64,000 bases of DNA from Alphaproteobacteria bacterium (lineage in GTDB: Bacteria; Pseudomonadota; Alphaproteobacteria; CAAHEQ01; UBA3637). Location: positions 8,261 through 72,260 of the forward strand of contig JAZTVX010000044.1 in the NCBI GenBank assembly GCA_045635565.1, read 5' to 3'. The translations under genes and the position numbers were made by a program. Below the pieces are notes generated by a model. The model saw only the letters and a program-made list of their open reading frames with translations. It was not told the DNA's origin and ran no database searches. Position 1 is the stretch's first letter. Each line of letters begins with the position of its first letter. Positions 1 through 9,964 of the stretch are shown here, piece after piece.

Positions 1-51
1 TCTGCCGAAATTTTAGATTTTCCGGGTCGTACGTCACTCGGTGATTTAGAA

Positions 52-798
52 ATGGCAACATTGCCCGGTATCAATGAGTCGATTATTAACGGTCCGTCAC
101 CAATGGCACCTTCTGTATCGACGAAAGATATGCCGAGCGAACAATTGTTGGGTCGTATCACAACAGAAGTCTTTCAGGAAATGGCTGATTTGGAGCGTGG
201 CAATGTCTTTTTGAAATTACAAATGCAAAAAGAACAGTTGAAAAACGATTTAGAAAAGTTAAAAGCAACTTATCGTCAAACACGGTTGGAAGAAATTTCA
301 AAACGGGAAGAAGTTGTTCGTTCACGCATTAACTGGTGGCAAGAACAAGAAGATGTCCGTTTAGAAATGGAAAAGAAAAAAGCAGAAACAGAAGCTGTTG
401 AGCAACAAATTGCTGAAGCAGAGGAGTTGCGCAATAAGTTACGTGCAGAAGCTATTGCTGAAAAAGAAAAAGCAGAAGCACAAGAACAGGCACAGACTTC
501 TGATGCATCAGATTCATCTGATTCGGCTGATAAGAAAGTTGTTAAAGAAGAAAAAGAAGAAAGAGTTATTCGTGCTGTTGACACGTATTCTTTAATTGCC
601 GTTAAAGGTATTAAAGGAAATTTGACGGCTTCTTTGGAACAACTGGAAGACGGCAAGGTTATTCAAGCAAAAGTTAATCAGACTTTACCAAGTGGTTTTG
701 TTGTTGAAGAAATTACCAAGGATACAATTAAATTAAAGTCGGGTGAACAATCAGAAGTCCTGATGTTTAATGTTGTACCTGCTTCATCAAACGAATAG
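52..798 (+). CDS. coiled-coil protein, candidate PilP-like pilus assembly component (start may lie upstream of window)
   Basis: 248-aa ORF with a Glu/Lys-rich coiled-coil centre and an SDASDSSDSAD linker. The C-terminal ~70 aa are a beta-type domain (LIAVKGIKGNLTASL...GFVVEEITKDTIKLKSGE) in the style of PilP C-domains. It stops just upstream of the ATPase gene. The reading frame is open back to base 1. Confidence 0.35.
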   Translation: MATLPGINESIINGPSPMAPSVSTKDMPSEQLLGRITTEVFQEMADLERGNVFLKLQMQKEQLKNDLEKLKATYRQTRLEEISKREEVVRSRINWWQEQEDVRLEMEKKKAETEAVEQQIAEAEELRNKLRAEAIAEKEKAEAQEQAQTSDASDSSDSADKKVVKEEKEERVIRAVDTYSLIAVKGIKGNLTASLEQLEDGKVIQAKVNQTLPSGFVVEEITKDTIKLKSGEQSEVLMFNVVPASSNE

Positions 799-821
799 AA
801 ATTGTGCATCGGAGGGGACGA

Positions 822-2882
822 ATGGCATTTCAAATATTCGGTAAAGGTGGGAAAAACCATATATCTGATAAAAATGAAGTCGGAGATACACCTGTTTCAT
901 CAGACAGTACGTCTTACGTGTTGGATGTGAAACAGGTAACCGTTCCGGAAGAAGGAGGTTTTAAGGAAGAAAAACTACCAGAAATTTCGAATTTACCTCC
1001 ATTCCCTTCTTTTATGAATACCAATGATGCCACATCACCAACGGTGACACAAGCATCTATTTCGGGAACAACTGAAACAGTCGATGATACTTCGACCAGC
1101 CCTCAACCGATGCCAAAAGAAACATTTAGTCCTCCAAAAGCACCTGATTTTATTGATGGGAATCAACCGAAACCGACATTGCCACCGTCCGAAACGGATA
1201 AGGCTATTGAAAAACGGGAAGAAGTTGCCAGTGCCGTTCAAGAGGCATTGTTAAAAAGTGGTAAGCAGGTTAAACAGACCATTTCCTATAATACGGATTA
1301 TAATTCGCCAACATTTTTAAAAGAATTATTTGAAAACGGAAATGTTTGTGTAACGGCAGCCGGTGGGTCTTTACCGATTAAAGATGATACACGCCAGTTG
1401 TTGGCTTTATTTTCAAATGGCCGTTTTTTTGTTTGCGAAACGTATAAATTTGACGGTAAAGTTCTAGGGTTTGAATATTTAGCCAAAAAACGGCGATTGC
1501 AAATCGGTAAACCGGAATATGTTCCGATGCCGACATTACGTGCCATTTATGAATATGCAGCCCAAAACGGTTATACGGTTGAAGTTGATAAAAATGAAGA
1601 ACAGGAACAAGAACAGGCCCGTATGCAACGGGATTTTGTGACGATTGTTTCCCGTGCTGCCGCTTTGCATGTTTCTGATATTCATATTGTTGTTGCTGAT
1701 CATACAACTGTTATGTTCCGTGCTAATGGTTTAATGCAAACGGAAATGGAATATAATAAAGAATGGGGGGAAAGTTTTGTTCGTGCTGCGTTTGCTTCGG
1801 CTGATATTTCCGATTCTAACTATGCCCAGAACGAGTATCAATCTGCACAAAAGTTAGGTCGAACACCGTTACGTGGTTCTCATGGTAAGTTGGTTTTGCC
1901 CCGAAATCTTTTGGGTATTCGTTTGCAATTCAACCCGATTGCCTTTGGTACGAGATATGTTATTATGCGTATGTTGTACGCCGAAGATTCAAGTAGTGCT
2001 TCGACCGGTTTGGAATCGCTGGGCTTTTTGGAACGTGAAATTGATTTCTTTTATCAATTGCGTGGGGCCCCGACAGGAATTACAATTATTTCCGGTCCAA
2101 CGGGGTCTGGTAAATCGACGACGTTACAACGTAATATGATTCAAATGTTGAAAGAACGCAATTATGAAATCAACTTAATTACGGTGGAAGACCCGCCTGA
2201 ATATCCAATTCCGGGGGCAAGACAAATGCCTGTTACAAATGCTTCCATTGAAGAAGCTAAAGAACGTGAATTTACAAAAGCATTGTCTGCGGCTTTGCGT
2301 TCAGACCCTGACAGTTTGATGATTGGGGAGGTTCGTACATTATCAGCGGCGGATTTGGCTTTCCGTGGAGCGTTATCCGGTCACAACGTGTGGACAACAT
2401 TGCACGCAAACAGTGCTCCGGCTATTTTGATGCGTTTGAAAGATTTGGGGGTAGAGGATTTTAAACTGCGTGACCCTGAAATTATCAAAGGTTTGTTAGC
2501 GCAACGGTTATTTAGAAAATTATGTCCACATTGTCGTATTCCGGCTTCACAACGTATTAACCTACCATCAGTCATGCGTTTACGTGAAGCGTTTGGTGAC
2601 GTTGGTGTTGAAAGTTCTTATTTACGAGGTAAAGGCTGTAAATATTGTGATTTTAGAGGTGTTAAAGGTCGTTTGGCCGTTGCTGAAATTATTTTGCCTG
2701 ACGCAACGTTCTTGGATTTATTGATGAAAGGTGAAACCAAAAAAGCGATTAACTATTGGATTAACGATTTAAATGGTATGACTTTGCGTGAGGTGGCGAT
2801 ATCTCACATGTTTAGAGGGTCTATTGATGTTGATGAAGTCGAACGCTGGACAGGTTTCTTAAATCAAATTGTTGTCGGTTAG
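822..2882 (+). CDS. GspE/PilB-family secretion ATPase (type IVb pilus PilQ/BfpD-like) with long N-terminal extension
   Basis: Motifs present: Walker A GPTGSGKST, Asp box ITVEDPPEY, Walker B DSLMIGEVR, His box GHNVWTTLHAN, and the tetracysteine motif CPHC...CKYC. GGAGG at 811-815 favours ATG 822 over the GTG at 804 used by the ORF track. Confidence 0.9.
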   Translation: MAFQIFGKGGKNHISDKNEVGDTPVSSDSTSYVLDVKQVTVPEEGGFKEEKLPEISNLPPFPSFMNTNDATSPTVTQASISGTTETVDDTSTSPQPMPKETFSPPKAPDFIDGNQPKPTLPPSETDKAIEKREEVASAVQEALLKSGKQVKQTISYNTDYNSPTFLKELFENGNVCVTAAGGSLPIKDDTRQLLALFSNGRFFVCETYKFDGKVLGFEYLAKKRRLQIGKPEYVPMPTLRAIYEYAAQNGYTVEVDKNEEQEQEQARMQRDFVTIVSRAAALHVSDIHIVVADHTTVMFRANGLMQTEMEYNKEWGESFVRAAFASADISDSNYAQNEYQSAQKLGRTPLRGSHGKLVLPRNLLGIRLQFNPIAFGTRYVIMRMLYAEDSSSASTGLESLGFLEREIDFFYQLRGAPTGITIISGPTGSGKSTTLQRNMIQMLKERNYEINLITVEDPPEYPIPGARQMPVTNASIEEAKEREFTKALSAALRSDPDSLMIGEVRTLSAADLAFRGALSGHNVWTTLHANSAPAILMRLKDLGVEDFKLRDPEIIKGLLAQRLFRKLCPHCRIPASQRINLPSVMRLREAFGDVGVESSYLRGKGCKYCDFRGVKGRLAVAEIILPDATFLDLLMKGETKKAINYWINDLNGMTLREVAISHMFRGSIDVDEVERWTGFLNQIVVG

Positions 2883-2898
2883 AAAAGAGGAGTATTGA

Positions 2899-4032
2899 AT
2901 GGTTGATATGTCAAAGAAAAGTGCTGTATCGAAACGGTTGGATAAGCCAATCAATCCGGCAGATATGGCATTTGCGAAGTTTATGGTTAAGTTATATACT
3001 TCGGACAGATTGGCATTTTACTTTAAATTAAAAGCATTATTGAAGAACCGATTTTCTTTGATGGATGCTTTGGAACGGATGTATCAAATTTATTCCAAAG
3101 ATGGTAAAAAACCGACGGAGTCAATGGCTGTTGCCATTACGGTTTGGATGAAACAGATACGAAACGGGGATACATTTTCGGTTGCATTGGATGGATGGGC
3201 TCCTCCAACGGAAATTTTAATGTTATCGGTTGGTGACGTTTCTAACCTTGAAATGGCTCTGGAAAACACGATTAAGGTCGTTGAAGGGGTTCGACGCATG
3301 AAAGAACCGGTTATTTCGGCTGTATCGTATCCGTTGTTCTTATTGTTTATGGTTGTTTTGTTGATTTATGGGGTTGGGGCATTCATGGTACCACCAATGA
3401 TTAACGCTGTTCCGAATTTGATTTGGACGGGAACGGCTAAAACATTGGTTGATTTATCTAAATTTGTTCAAGAACACCCTTGGCCTCTTTTTTTAACGAT
3501 GCCGATTATCGTTGTTTTGATTTTATTGACGTTCCCTCGTTGGAAATCCGAATCTCGGTCGGTCGCTGACAGATTTCCGCCATGGTCAATTTATCGTATT
3601 TTTATTGGTGTGGGTTGGTTGCTTTCATTATCAGCATTGGTTAATGCCGGTACACCGGTTTCCAAAGCCATGCGTTCACTACGTGCTTTTGCCAATCCAT
3701 ATTTATTATTCCGAATTGATAAAGCTTTGGCATACGTTAACAACGGGGATAACTTAGGTGATTCATTGTATAAAACAAAATTGGGTTTCCCTGATGAAGA
3801 AGTTGTTGGTGATTTACGGATTTATTCTGAATTAGACAACTTTCCGGAAGCCTTGGCACGTTTATCAGAAGATTGGCTGGAATCTTCCGTTAAAGATGTT
3901 GAAAAAAAAGCCAGTGTTTTGAACAGTTTTGCTATTTTATTGATTGCCATTGTTGTTGCATGGGTGGTTATGGGTACATTTGATATGCAAGAACAAATGG
4001 TTAACGGCATGGGCTTAGGAGGCGGACGGTAA
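2899..4032 (+). CDS. GspF/PilC-family inner-membrane platform protein (PilR-like in type IVb nomenclature)
   Basis: 377 aa with two cytoplasmic helical regions alternating with hydrophobic TM segments, the typical GspF architecture. It lies directly downstream of the ATPase, with AGAGGAG upstream of the ATG. Confidence 0.8.
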   Translation: MVDMSKKSAVSKRLDKPINPADMAFAKFMVKLYTSDRLAFYFKLKALLKNRFSLMDALERMYQIYSKDGKKPTESMAVAITVWMKQIRNGDTFSVALDGWAPPTEILMLSVGDVSNLEMALENTIKVVEGVRRMKEPVISAVSYPLFLLFMVVLLIYGVGAFMVPPMINAVPNLIWTGTAKTLVDLSKFVQEHPWPLFLTMPIIVVLILLTFPRWKSESRSVADRFPPWSIYRIFIGVGWLLSLSALVNAGTPVSKAMRSLRAFANPYLLFRIDKALAYVNNGDNLGDSLYKTKLGFPDEEVVGDLRIYSELDNFPEALARLSEDWLESSVKDVEKKASVLNSFAILLIAIVVAWVVMGTFDMQEQMVNGMGLGGGR

Positions 4033-4053
4033 AATCGGTTACCGTTTCGTCTC

Positions 4054-4113
4054 AAAAAACTCTCTTTTAAGTCAGTCTTTTCTGCGTTGGGCTGTTTAGT
4101 GGAGAGTTTTTTT
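4054..4113 (+). terminator. possible long-loop terminator after the platform gene
   Basis: AAAAAACTCTC (4054-4064) pairs with GAGAGTTTTTTT (4102-4113) across a ~37-nt loop and is followed by a T-run. The geometry is not canonical. Confidence 0.25.
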
Positions 4114-4179
4114 ATTCCTATATTTTAGCCGTAACAGTTTATACTTGCCAGTTTTCTCTTTTCATTGTAAACTGAAAAT

Positions 4180-4851
4180 ATGACTGAAACGCAACAAAAC
4201 ATTTCTGATATACGGGTAACAGAAACGTATTATGATACGGCTCAGACTCGATTACATACAGTTTATTTTGAAAATGAATTGGGGTATGCACAAAAGTGGG
4301 TTTATTTTGAAGATGGCCAACTTTATATACTTGAAAATTACAAAGATGGTCGTTTGGATGGGGAGAGATATGAATACTATCCGACAGGTGAATTGAAAGA
4401 ATGTGCTGAATACATTGACGGTTTATTGGATGGACGTCTTCAAAAATTTGATATTCAAGGTCGCTTACGGGAGGAATGTGATTATTATCAAGGTCAAAAA
4501 CATGGATGTGATATTTCATATTTTGCTAATCAAAGGATACAAAGACTTTATTTATACACACATGGTCAACCGGACGGAACATGTACGGAAAAGTACGAAA
4601 ACGGTCGTTTAAAGGAACAACATTTTTATCAAAAAGGCATTCTACATCAGAAATCAGAATTTTTTAATGAACAAGGTGTGTTAGAACGTAAAATCCTTTA
4701 TCATCAAGGGAATAAGTTGTATGAGGAATATCTTGGTGACAAAGGTGAACGTATTGTACGTTTTTTTAAACCTTCCGGATTAGTTTCTGCATCATCAAAA
4801 GATAAAAAACAACCAATATTTCACAGACATAATCGTGAAAATGATATGTAA
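4180..4851 (+). CDS. MORN-repeat-variant protein (YwqK-like)
   Basis: Repeated Y-x-x-G-x-L-x-x-x-x-x-Y-x-x-G-x-x-x-G units (YKDGRLDGERYEYYPTGELKECAEYIDGLLDGRLQKFD...YYQGQKHG...). Confidence 0.75.
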   Translation: MTETQQNISDIRVTETYYDTAQTRLHTVYFENELGYAQKWVYFEDGQLYILENYKDGRLDGERYEYYPTGELKECAEYIDGLLDGRLQKFDIQGRLREECDYYQGQKHGCDISYFANQRIQRLYLYTHGQPDGTCTEKYENGRLKEQHFYQKGILHQKSEFFNEQGVLERKILYHQGNKLYEEYLGDKGERIVRFFKPSGLVSASSKDKKQPIFHRHNRENDM

Positions 4852-4898
4852 TGGTGTATATCATGTGTTGATTGACAGATAAGTATAAATATCATATT

Positions 4899-5738
4899 TT
4901 ACTTTTTTGATTTGAGAATACACTCACCGTTATTCCATTTTCTGTTTGAACATTTTAAACATTCTGTTTGGGAAGAATAATGATATTTTAGCACGTCATC
5001 GCAGGGAATACATCCCGAATTAGAAATAAACATATTTTTTTGTTTTTGACATGTTTGTTTTAACTCATCTGTTGGTGTTAAAATAATTGGATTATCTGAA
5101 TAGATAAACTGATTCCATGGATTGACGATTGCCGGTAACGGTACAAGGGCAATTTGCCCTAAATCTATTGCTGTACCAATAAAAGGAGCAGATATGCCTT
5201 TTGTGGCAATTTCTGAAGCCAACTCATAATCGCCTTGTATGAGTGCACCAGATGCTCCCATCAAGCCAGCAGGGAGACCTAAAATTCCGACAGTTGTCGC
5301 TTCCGGAACAGCTGATTGGACTAATAAATAAAATGCAGAACAAGGTCCTTCGCTGCCTGTGGAACATGTAGCCCATTCATCTGATGTCATTACACTGTCT
5401 AATTTTAGATAGTAATCATAAAATCCTTTTGTTTTGATAACTAATTCTTTATCAAAAAAAGAACGTTCTAATAATATACTGGTATTATTGGCTAAGTGTT
5501 CACAGTATTGAGATTTTGTATGTGTTGAATGATTATTGCAATAGGTTTCATAAAACTGATTGTTCTCATCTACCAAATAATCAGATTTTCCCTTGATGTG
5601 TATGGAAGAATTACGACTAACCCCTCTTAAAAATATTCGTTGTTCATCATTTTCATAAAATCTCGGTTCTACACAACCCATGATACTCATCAACAATATA
5701 AGAGATAAAATATAACGCACGTTCTTTCTCCGATACAA
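4899..5738 (-). CDS. hypothetical lipoprotein with glycine-zipper segment and Cys-rich C-terminus
   Basis: Signal peptide with lipobox LLMSIMGC. It has a GILGLPAGLMGASGALIQG segment, and its last ~50 aa contain CxxxxxxxxxxxxCxxC and CxxC spacings. I recognise no family. Confidence 0.5.
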   Translation of the reverse strand: MYRRKNVRYILSLILLMSIMGCVEPRFYENDEQRIFLRGVSRNSSIHIKGKSDYLVDENNQFYETYCNNHSTHTKSQYCEHLANNTSILLERSFFDKELVIKTKGFYDYYLKLDSVMTSDEWATCSTGSEGPCSAFYLLVQSAVPEATTVGILGLPAGLMGASGALIQGDYELASEIATKGISAPFIGTAIDLGQIALVPLPAIVNPWNQFIYSDNPIILTPTDELKQTCQKQKNMFISNSGCIPCDDVLKYHYSSQTECLKCSNRKWNNGECILKSKK

Positions 5739-5872
5739 ATAACATAATATTTTTAATTATATCACAGAAGACTTATTTAGGCAAGATACTTATGTTATCG
5801 GATGCTTTTTGAATTTTAAAAATATGATGAAACCAGACTGGTTCTCATGAACGTTACACATTCTGATTCAAA

Positions 5873-5904
5873 AAAAAACCTCCTGAAAAGAAGGTTTTTT
5901 TTGT
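5873..5904 (-). terminator. rho-independent terminator downstream of tRNA-Gln
   Basis: The minus-strand RNA reads AAAAAAAACCUUC-UUUUCA-GGAGGUUUUUUUU: a 7-bp stem with one G.U pair, followed by a U-run. Confidence 0.6.
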
Positions 5905-5907
5905 GTA

Positions 5908-5981
5908 TGGCTGGGATACCAGGACTCGAACCTAGACTGACGGAATCAGAATCCGCTGTCCTACCATTAGACGATATCCCA
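5908..5981 (-). tRNA. tRNA-Gln (anticodon CUG), CCA encoded
   Basis: A 74-nt cloverleaf folded by hand: acceptor TGGGATA/TATCCCA, D-arm GTCT-AATGGTA-GGAC, anticodon arm GCGGA-TTCTGAT-TCCGT, T-arm CTAGG-TTCGAGT-CCTGG, discriminator G plus CCA. The anticodon arm matches the E. coli tRNA-Gln(CUG) arm GGAUUCUGAUUCC. Confidence 0.93.
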
Positions 5982-6041
5982 AAATTTCCTCTATCATAAT
6001 TCTTTTTTTTAAAAAATGCAAGATGTTTTTTTGAGAATATG

Positions 6042-7115
6042 TTATTCAACGTATTCACGCAAAATACGTTGTGAGTGACCAATGTTGTTTAATACTTCGT
6101 ATCCGATAGTACCTGCCGTACGGGCAAAATCATCAGCATCGTAAAAATCACTGATAATTGTCATGAAATCTGTTTGTTCCAGTACCCCGTCAGGTATGTT
6201 TGTGACATCACAGGTAATGTTGTCCATTGAAACACGTCCGACAATCGGAGCAACAAAAATTTGCCCGTCTTTTTCAATGTGTAAAATACCTTTTGGACTA
6301 AAACTACGAAAAATGCCATCGGCATAACCAATTGAAACTGTGGCTACTTTTGTCGGTTGTGTCGTCGTATATGTCGCCCCGTAACCGATTGTTTTATCAA
6401 CAGGTACCGTTTTTATTTGTAAAATAGGGGCTGTCAATTGCAGACAGTTTTTAACCTGTTTGGCACGATGTGGTGCTGTATTTAAACCATATAAAGCGGC
6501 CCCTAAACGAACCATATCAAAATGAAAGTCGTTTCCTAAAAAAAGACCATCCGAAGCACTTAATGAAAATGGTGTGTTTTTAAAAAGAGATTGAAATTTT
6601 TGAAAATTGGTTAATTGTACTTGATTTAATGGGTGTTTGATATCATCGGCGCAAGATAAATGCGATAGTATTAACGAAAAAGATAAGTGGCGTAATGCAA
6701 AAACATCTTCATATATTATACCTAAACGATTTAATCCTGTTTCAACCTGTAACGCCGGTTTAAGTCGATTGACAGGTCGTTTAAACCATTCATAAACGCT
6801 TTGTGTTGTTGGTAATACGGGTGTTAATTGATATTGTTTAAATTCAGTTTCATCTTCCTGACCGTATCCTTGTAAAGTGAATATTCTTGATTTGCCGACA
6901 ACCGGACGAAGTTGAGCCCCTTCCCACCCATGAGCTACAAAAAACGTACGACAACCGGCCTGATACAGAACCTTACCAATGGGTTGGATACCTAACCCAT
7001 ACGCATTGTTTTTGAGAACACATGCTGCTTTCGCTGGTTGGACAAACTCTTTCAGAGTTAAATAGTTTTCCTGTATTGTTTTAAGGTTGATTTGTAATCG
7101 GGGTCTGGTGAACAT
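6042..7115 (-). CDS. alr: alanine racemase
   Basis: PLP-lysine motif VLKNNAYGLG near the N-terminus and the C-terminal GRVSMDNI motif. 357 aa. Confidence 0.9.
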   Translation of the reverse strand: MFTRPRLQINLKTIQENYLTLKEFVQPAKAACVLKNNAYGLGIQPIGKVLYQAGCRTFFVAHGWEGAQLRPVVGKSRIFTLQGYGQEDETEFKQYQLTPVLPTTQSVYEWFKRPVNRLKPALQVETGLNRLGIIYEDVFALRHLSFSLILSHLSCADDIKHPLNQVQLTNFQKFQSLFKNTPFSLSASDGLFLGNDFHFDMVRLGAALYGLNTAPHRAKQVKNCLQLTAPILQIKTVPVDKTIGYGATYTTTQPTKVATVSIGYADGIFRSFSPKGILHIEKDGQIFVAPIVGRVSMDNITCDVTNIPDGVLEQTDFMTIISDFYDADDFARTAGTIGYEVLNNIGHSQRILREYVE

Positions 7116-7123
7116 GTCTTCTC

Positions 7124-8374
7124 CTAAACGGCTTCTTCTTCAATGTCTTCGTCACTATTGTTAGCAATTATTTGATGGGGCAATGTTTTCATATTAAGTG
7201 AATCGGATTCATCAGTTAATGTCCCGTCAACATTTTTGAGTTTGCGATTAACGGCCCGTGTGCGTGTTTGGGCTTCATCCAATGTTTTTTGAGCGGCTTC
7301 AATGTTGCGTTTAACTTTTTCAACCCATGTGGCATATTTTTCAAATTCAACTTTGGCTTCATTAAGCGTTTTCCATACTTCTCCCGATCGTTTTTGGATG
7401 GCTAGTGTTTTAAATCCCATTTGCAGCGAATTTAAAAAGGCCCCCAATGTACTGGGACCGGCAATTGAAATACGATATTTATTTTGTATTTCAGCGGCTA
7501 ATCCTGAACGACGCATAATTTCAGCATATAATCCTTCTGTCGGTAAAAACATGATGGCAAAATCCGTCGTATGAGGTGGATAAATATATTTATCTGCGAT
7601 TCGTTTGGCTTCCAGCTTAATACATTTTTCTAATTCAGCAGAGGCATTTTCAATGGCTGATAAATCACCCTTTTCGGAAGCCGTCATCAGCCGTTCATAC
7701 CCTTCAATCGGAAATTTTGAATCAATGGGAATCAATACGTCTCCATCAGGTAATTTGACGGCATATTCCACAACTTCTGCCGTATTTGGTTTGATATGTG
7801 CATTTTTAATAAATTGTTCACAGGATAACATTTGTTCTAATAAAGCACCTAATTGTACTTCACCCCATGTACCACGAGCCTTGACATTTGTTAATACTCG
7901 TTTTAATCCACCGACATCGGAAGCCAGTGTTTGCATTTCACCTAACCCTTGATGAACTTTTTCAAGGCGTTCGGAAACCAATGAAAAAGATTCACCAATT
8001 CTTTTTTCTAATGTGGTATGTAGTTTTTCTTGAACCGTTTCACGCATTTGATCAAGTTTGATTGTATTTTCGGCACGCATTTTATCCATTCTTTCTTCAA
8101 CAGCCGTACGCATATGTGACAAATTTTGTATGTTTTCATTTCGCATGAAATCAATTCTGGTTTCAACTGTTTGACGAATGGAATCATTAAATTGTATCAA
8201 TGATTGGCTTAATTCCCGTCGTAAATTCATGGCGTCTTCCCGACAGATGCGTTCCAAGCGTTCTAATTCGGCACTCATCATGTTCGTATTTGACGATGTC
8301 ATAAGACGAACGACAATAATCAATAAAAACAATGCAATAACACCTAAACAAGCAATAACGATTTGTGTTTCCAT
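7124..8374 (-). CDS. rmuC: DNA recombination protein RmuC
   Basis: N-terminal TM helix, a long coiled-coil, then a conserved RmuC nuclease-like C-domain (AIMFLPTEGLYAE, ISIAGPSTL). Confidence 0.85.
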   Translation of the reverse strand: METQIVIACLGVIALFLLIIVVRLMTSSNTNMMSAELERLERICREDAMNLRRELSQSLIQFNDSIRQTVETRIDFMRNENIQNLSHMRTAVEERMDKMRAENTIKLDQMRETVQEKLHTTLEKRIGESFSLVSERLEKVHQGLGEMQTLASDVGGLKRVLTNVKARGTWGEVQLGALLEQMLSCEQFIKNAHIKPNTAEVVEYAVKLPDGDVLIPIDSKFPIEGYERLMTASEKGDLSAIENASAELEKCIKLEAKRIADKYIYPPHTTDFAIMFLPTEGLYAEIMRRSGLAAEIQNKYRISIAGPSTLGAFLNSLQMGFKTLAIQKRSGEVWKTLNEAKVEFEKYATWVEKVKRNIEAAQKTLDEAQTRTRAVNRKLKNVDGTLTDESDSLNMKTLPHQIIANNSDEDIEEEAV

Positions 8375-8432
8375 AAAAATTCCTTTGCAAAAAGAGTTTG
8401 TTTTTCGTATAGTGTAGCAAAGGAAAACAAAA

Positions 8433-9131
8433 ATGAAAATATTTTTTTATCTCTTTATCTTCTTTTTTTCATGTCACGTGCATGGTGTTTCACTAAACAG
8501 TCATTATGAAGCCCATGGTATGAATATGGTTTTATTGACGGCTGACATTCGTACCGTTTTAGATAAGAATACATATTTTATTGAGACGAAAGCAAAGTCA
8601 AAAGGACTTTTATCATTATTTATTCATCCGGAAACTATTTTTCAAACACAAGGGAAATTTTTTAAATCGGGTTTGAAAGTGACTGATTCTGTGATGAAAA
8701 TTAAATCAGGTAAAGAAGTAGAAGTTGTTCGTCAGAATTTTGACAAAAAGCCGACTTATGTGGATTATCAATCTATTTTAATTCATTTAATGAATACGAC
8801 TTCAAAATCGAATCAAACACTGTTCGTTTCTGACGGTAAAAGAGATATGCAAGTTGATATAACGTATCAAGGTATTCATTCTTTAGAACGAATTCATTCG
8901 GAATTATCCGGAGAAGCAGATGCTTATTCTGTTCGGATTCGGATTTTGAATGGTAAGAAAAAAGGATGGTTTTTTAAACGTATGCAGGAAGAAAAAGAAT
9001 CACCGTTATGGCTTTATATGAAAAAAAATAAAGATACCGATAAAAATGAATTAGTTTTAAGTACATTTGATACAGGTGTTTTGGGTCGGTTATATATAAT
9101 ACGAAAGGAAACAAATCATGCGAAAAATTAA
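8433..9131 (+). CDS. exported hypothetical protein (DUF3108-like by eye)
   Basis: Signal peptide and a beta-rich sequence in the style of DUF3108 proteins. Its end overlaps the next gene by 14 nt, suggesting an operon. Confidence 0.45.
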   Translation: MKIFFYLFIFFFSCHVHGVSLNSHYEAHGMNMVLLTADIRTVLDKNTYFIETKAKSKGLLSLFIHPETIFQTQGKFFKSGLKVTDSVMKIKSGKEVEVVRQNFDKKPTYVDYQSILIHLMNTTSKSNQTLFVSDGKRDMQVDITYQGIHSLERIHSELSGEADAYSVRIRILNGKKKGWFFKRMQEEKESPLWLYMKKNKDTDKNELVLSTFDTGVLGRLYIIRKETNHAKN

Positions 9132-9795
9132 CAAGTATATCAATCGGTTTTTAAACATGATAAAATGGCCTGTCGGTATTTTAATGTTGATATTGTTAGT
9201 ACCTGCTTTTCAGGCAGATTTTTATTTGATGAGTAAAGGAACGGATAAAGAAATACTTCTTGAATTTTTCTTACCATTTGCAGTAACTGTTCTTTTTTTT
9301 CTGATTATGCCTTCCTTATCAGGTTCTTTTTTTACCATTGCCGAACATGAATTAACACACATGTTGTTTGCTGTTGCAACTTTTCACAAACCGAAAGGGT
9401 TAGATGTTGAGCAGGGCAGTGGTGGTTCGTTTTCATTTTTAGGAGAAGGAAACTGGTTAATTGCGTTGGCACCGTATTTTTTTCCGACATTTACATTTAT
9501 TCTCATGATTGGGATGAGTATTTATCAGTCCATATATAATACATTACCAGATTTTTATTTGATTTTATTCGGTATATTTATTGGGTATCATTTTATTGTG
9601 ACGATGTTTGAAATTCACCCTAAACAAACGGATTTTATTGTAGCCGGTCCGTTTTTTACTATTTGTTTTTTACCGGGGATAAATTTGTTGATATATGGTA
9701 TGTTATTTGCTTATTTATTAAAAGGTTGGATTGGTATTCCGATGTATTGGCATTTGTTGTTTCAACGGATAGGTCTGTTGTTAAATTTATCATAA
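9118..9795 (+). CDS. polytopic membrane protein with HExxH motif (putative membrane metalloprotease)
   Basis: About 6 hydrophobic segments, with the motif AEHELTHMLF at the end of TM2. Confidence 0.5.
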   Translation: MRKINKYINRFLNMIKWPVGILMLILLVPAFQADFYLMSKGTDKEILLEFFLPFAVTVLFFLIMPSLSGSFFTIAEHELTHMLFAVATFHKPKGLDVEQGSGGSFSFLGEGNWLIALAPYFFPTFTFILMIGMSIYQSIYNTLPDFYLILFGIFIGYHFIVTMFEIHPKQTDFIVAGPFFTICFLPGINLLIYGMLFAYLLKGWIGIPMYWHLLFQRIGLLLNLS

Positions 9796-9823
9796 ATCAT
9801 TTTTTCGAATATGGTATGCTGAT

Positions 9824-9854
9824 ATTCCCTGTTAACGCAGGGAATGTTTTTTTT
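9824..9854 (+). terminator. rho-independent terminator
   Basis: ATTCCCTG-TTAACG-CAGGGAAT stem-loop followed by T8. Confidence 0.75.
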
Positions 9855-9964
9855 GAGATATGTGGTTTTGTTAAATATCAGCATTAAAAATTCTTTTAAA
9901 GCAATTTTTAAGGCTTTAATGGTTTATATTTTAAGCAAACGGCTCTTATCGTTTTCTTTGTTAT

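Noticed and set aside
5816-6082. 88-aa minus-strand ORF
   Set aside because: It spans the tRNA-Gln gene and its terminator and overlaps the alr 3' end, so it is a spurious ORF.
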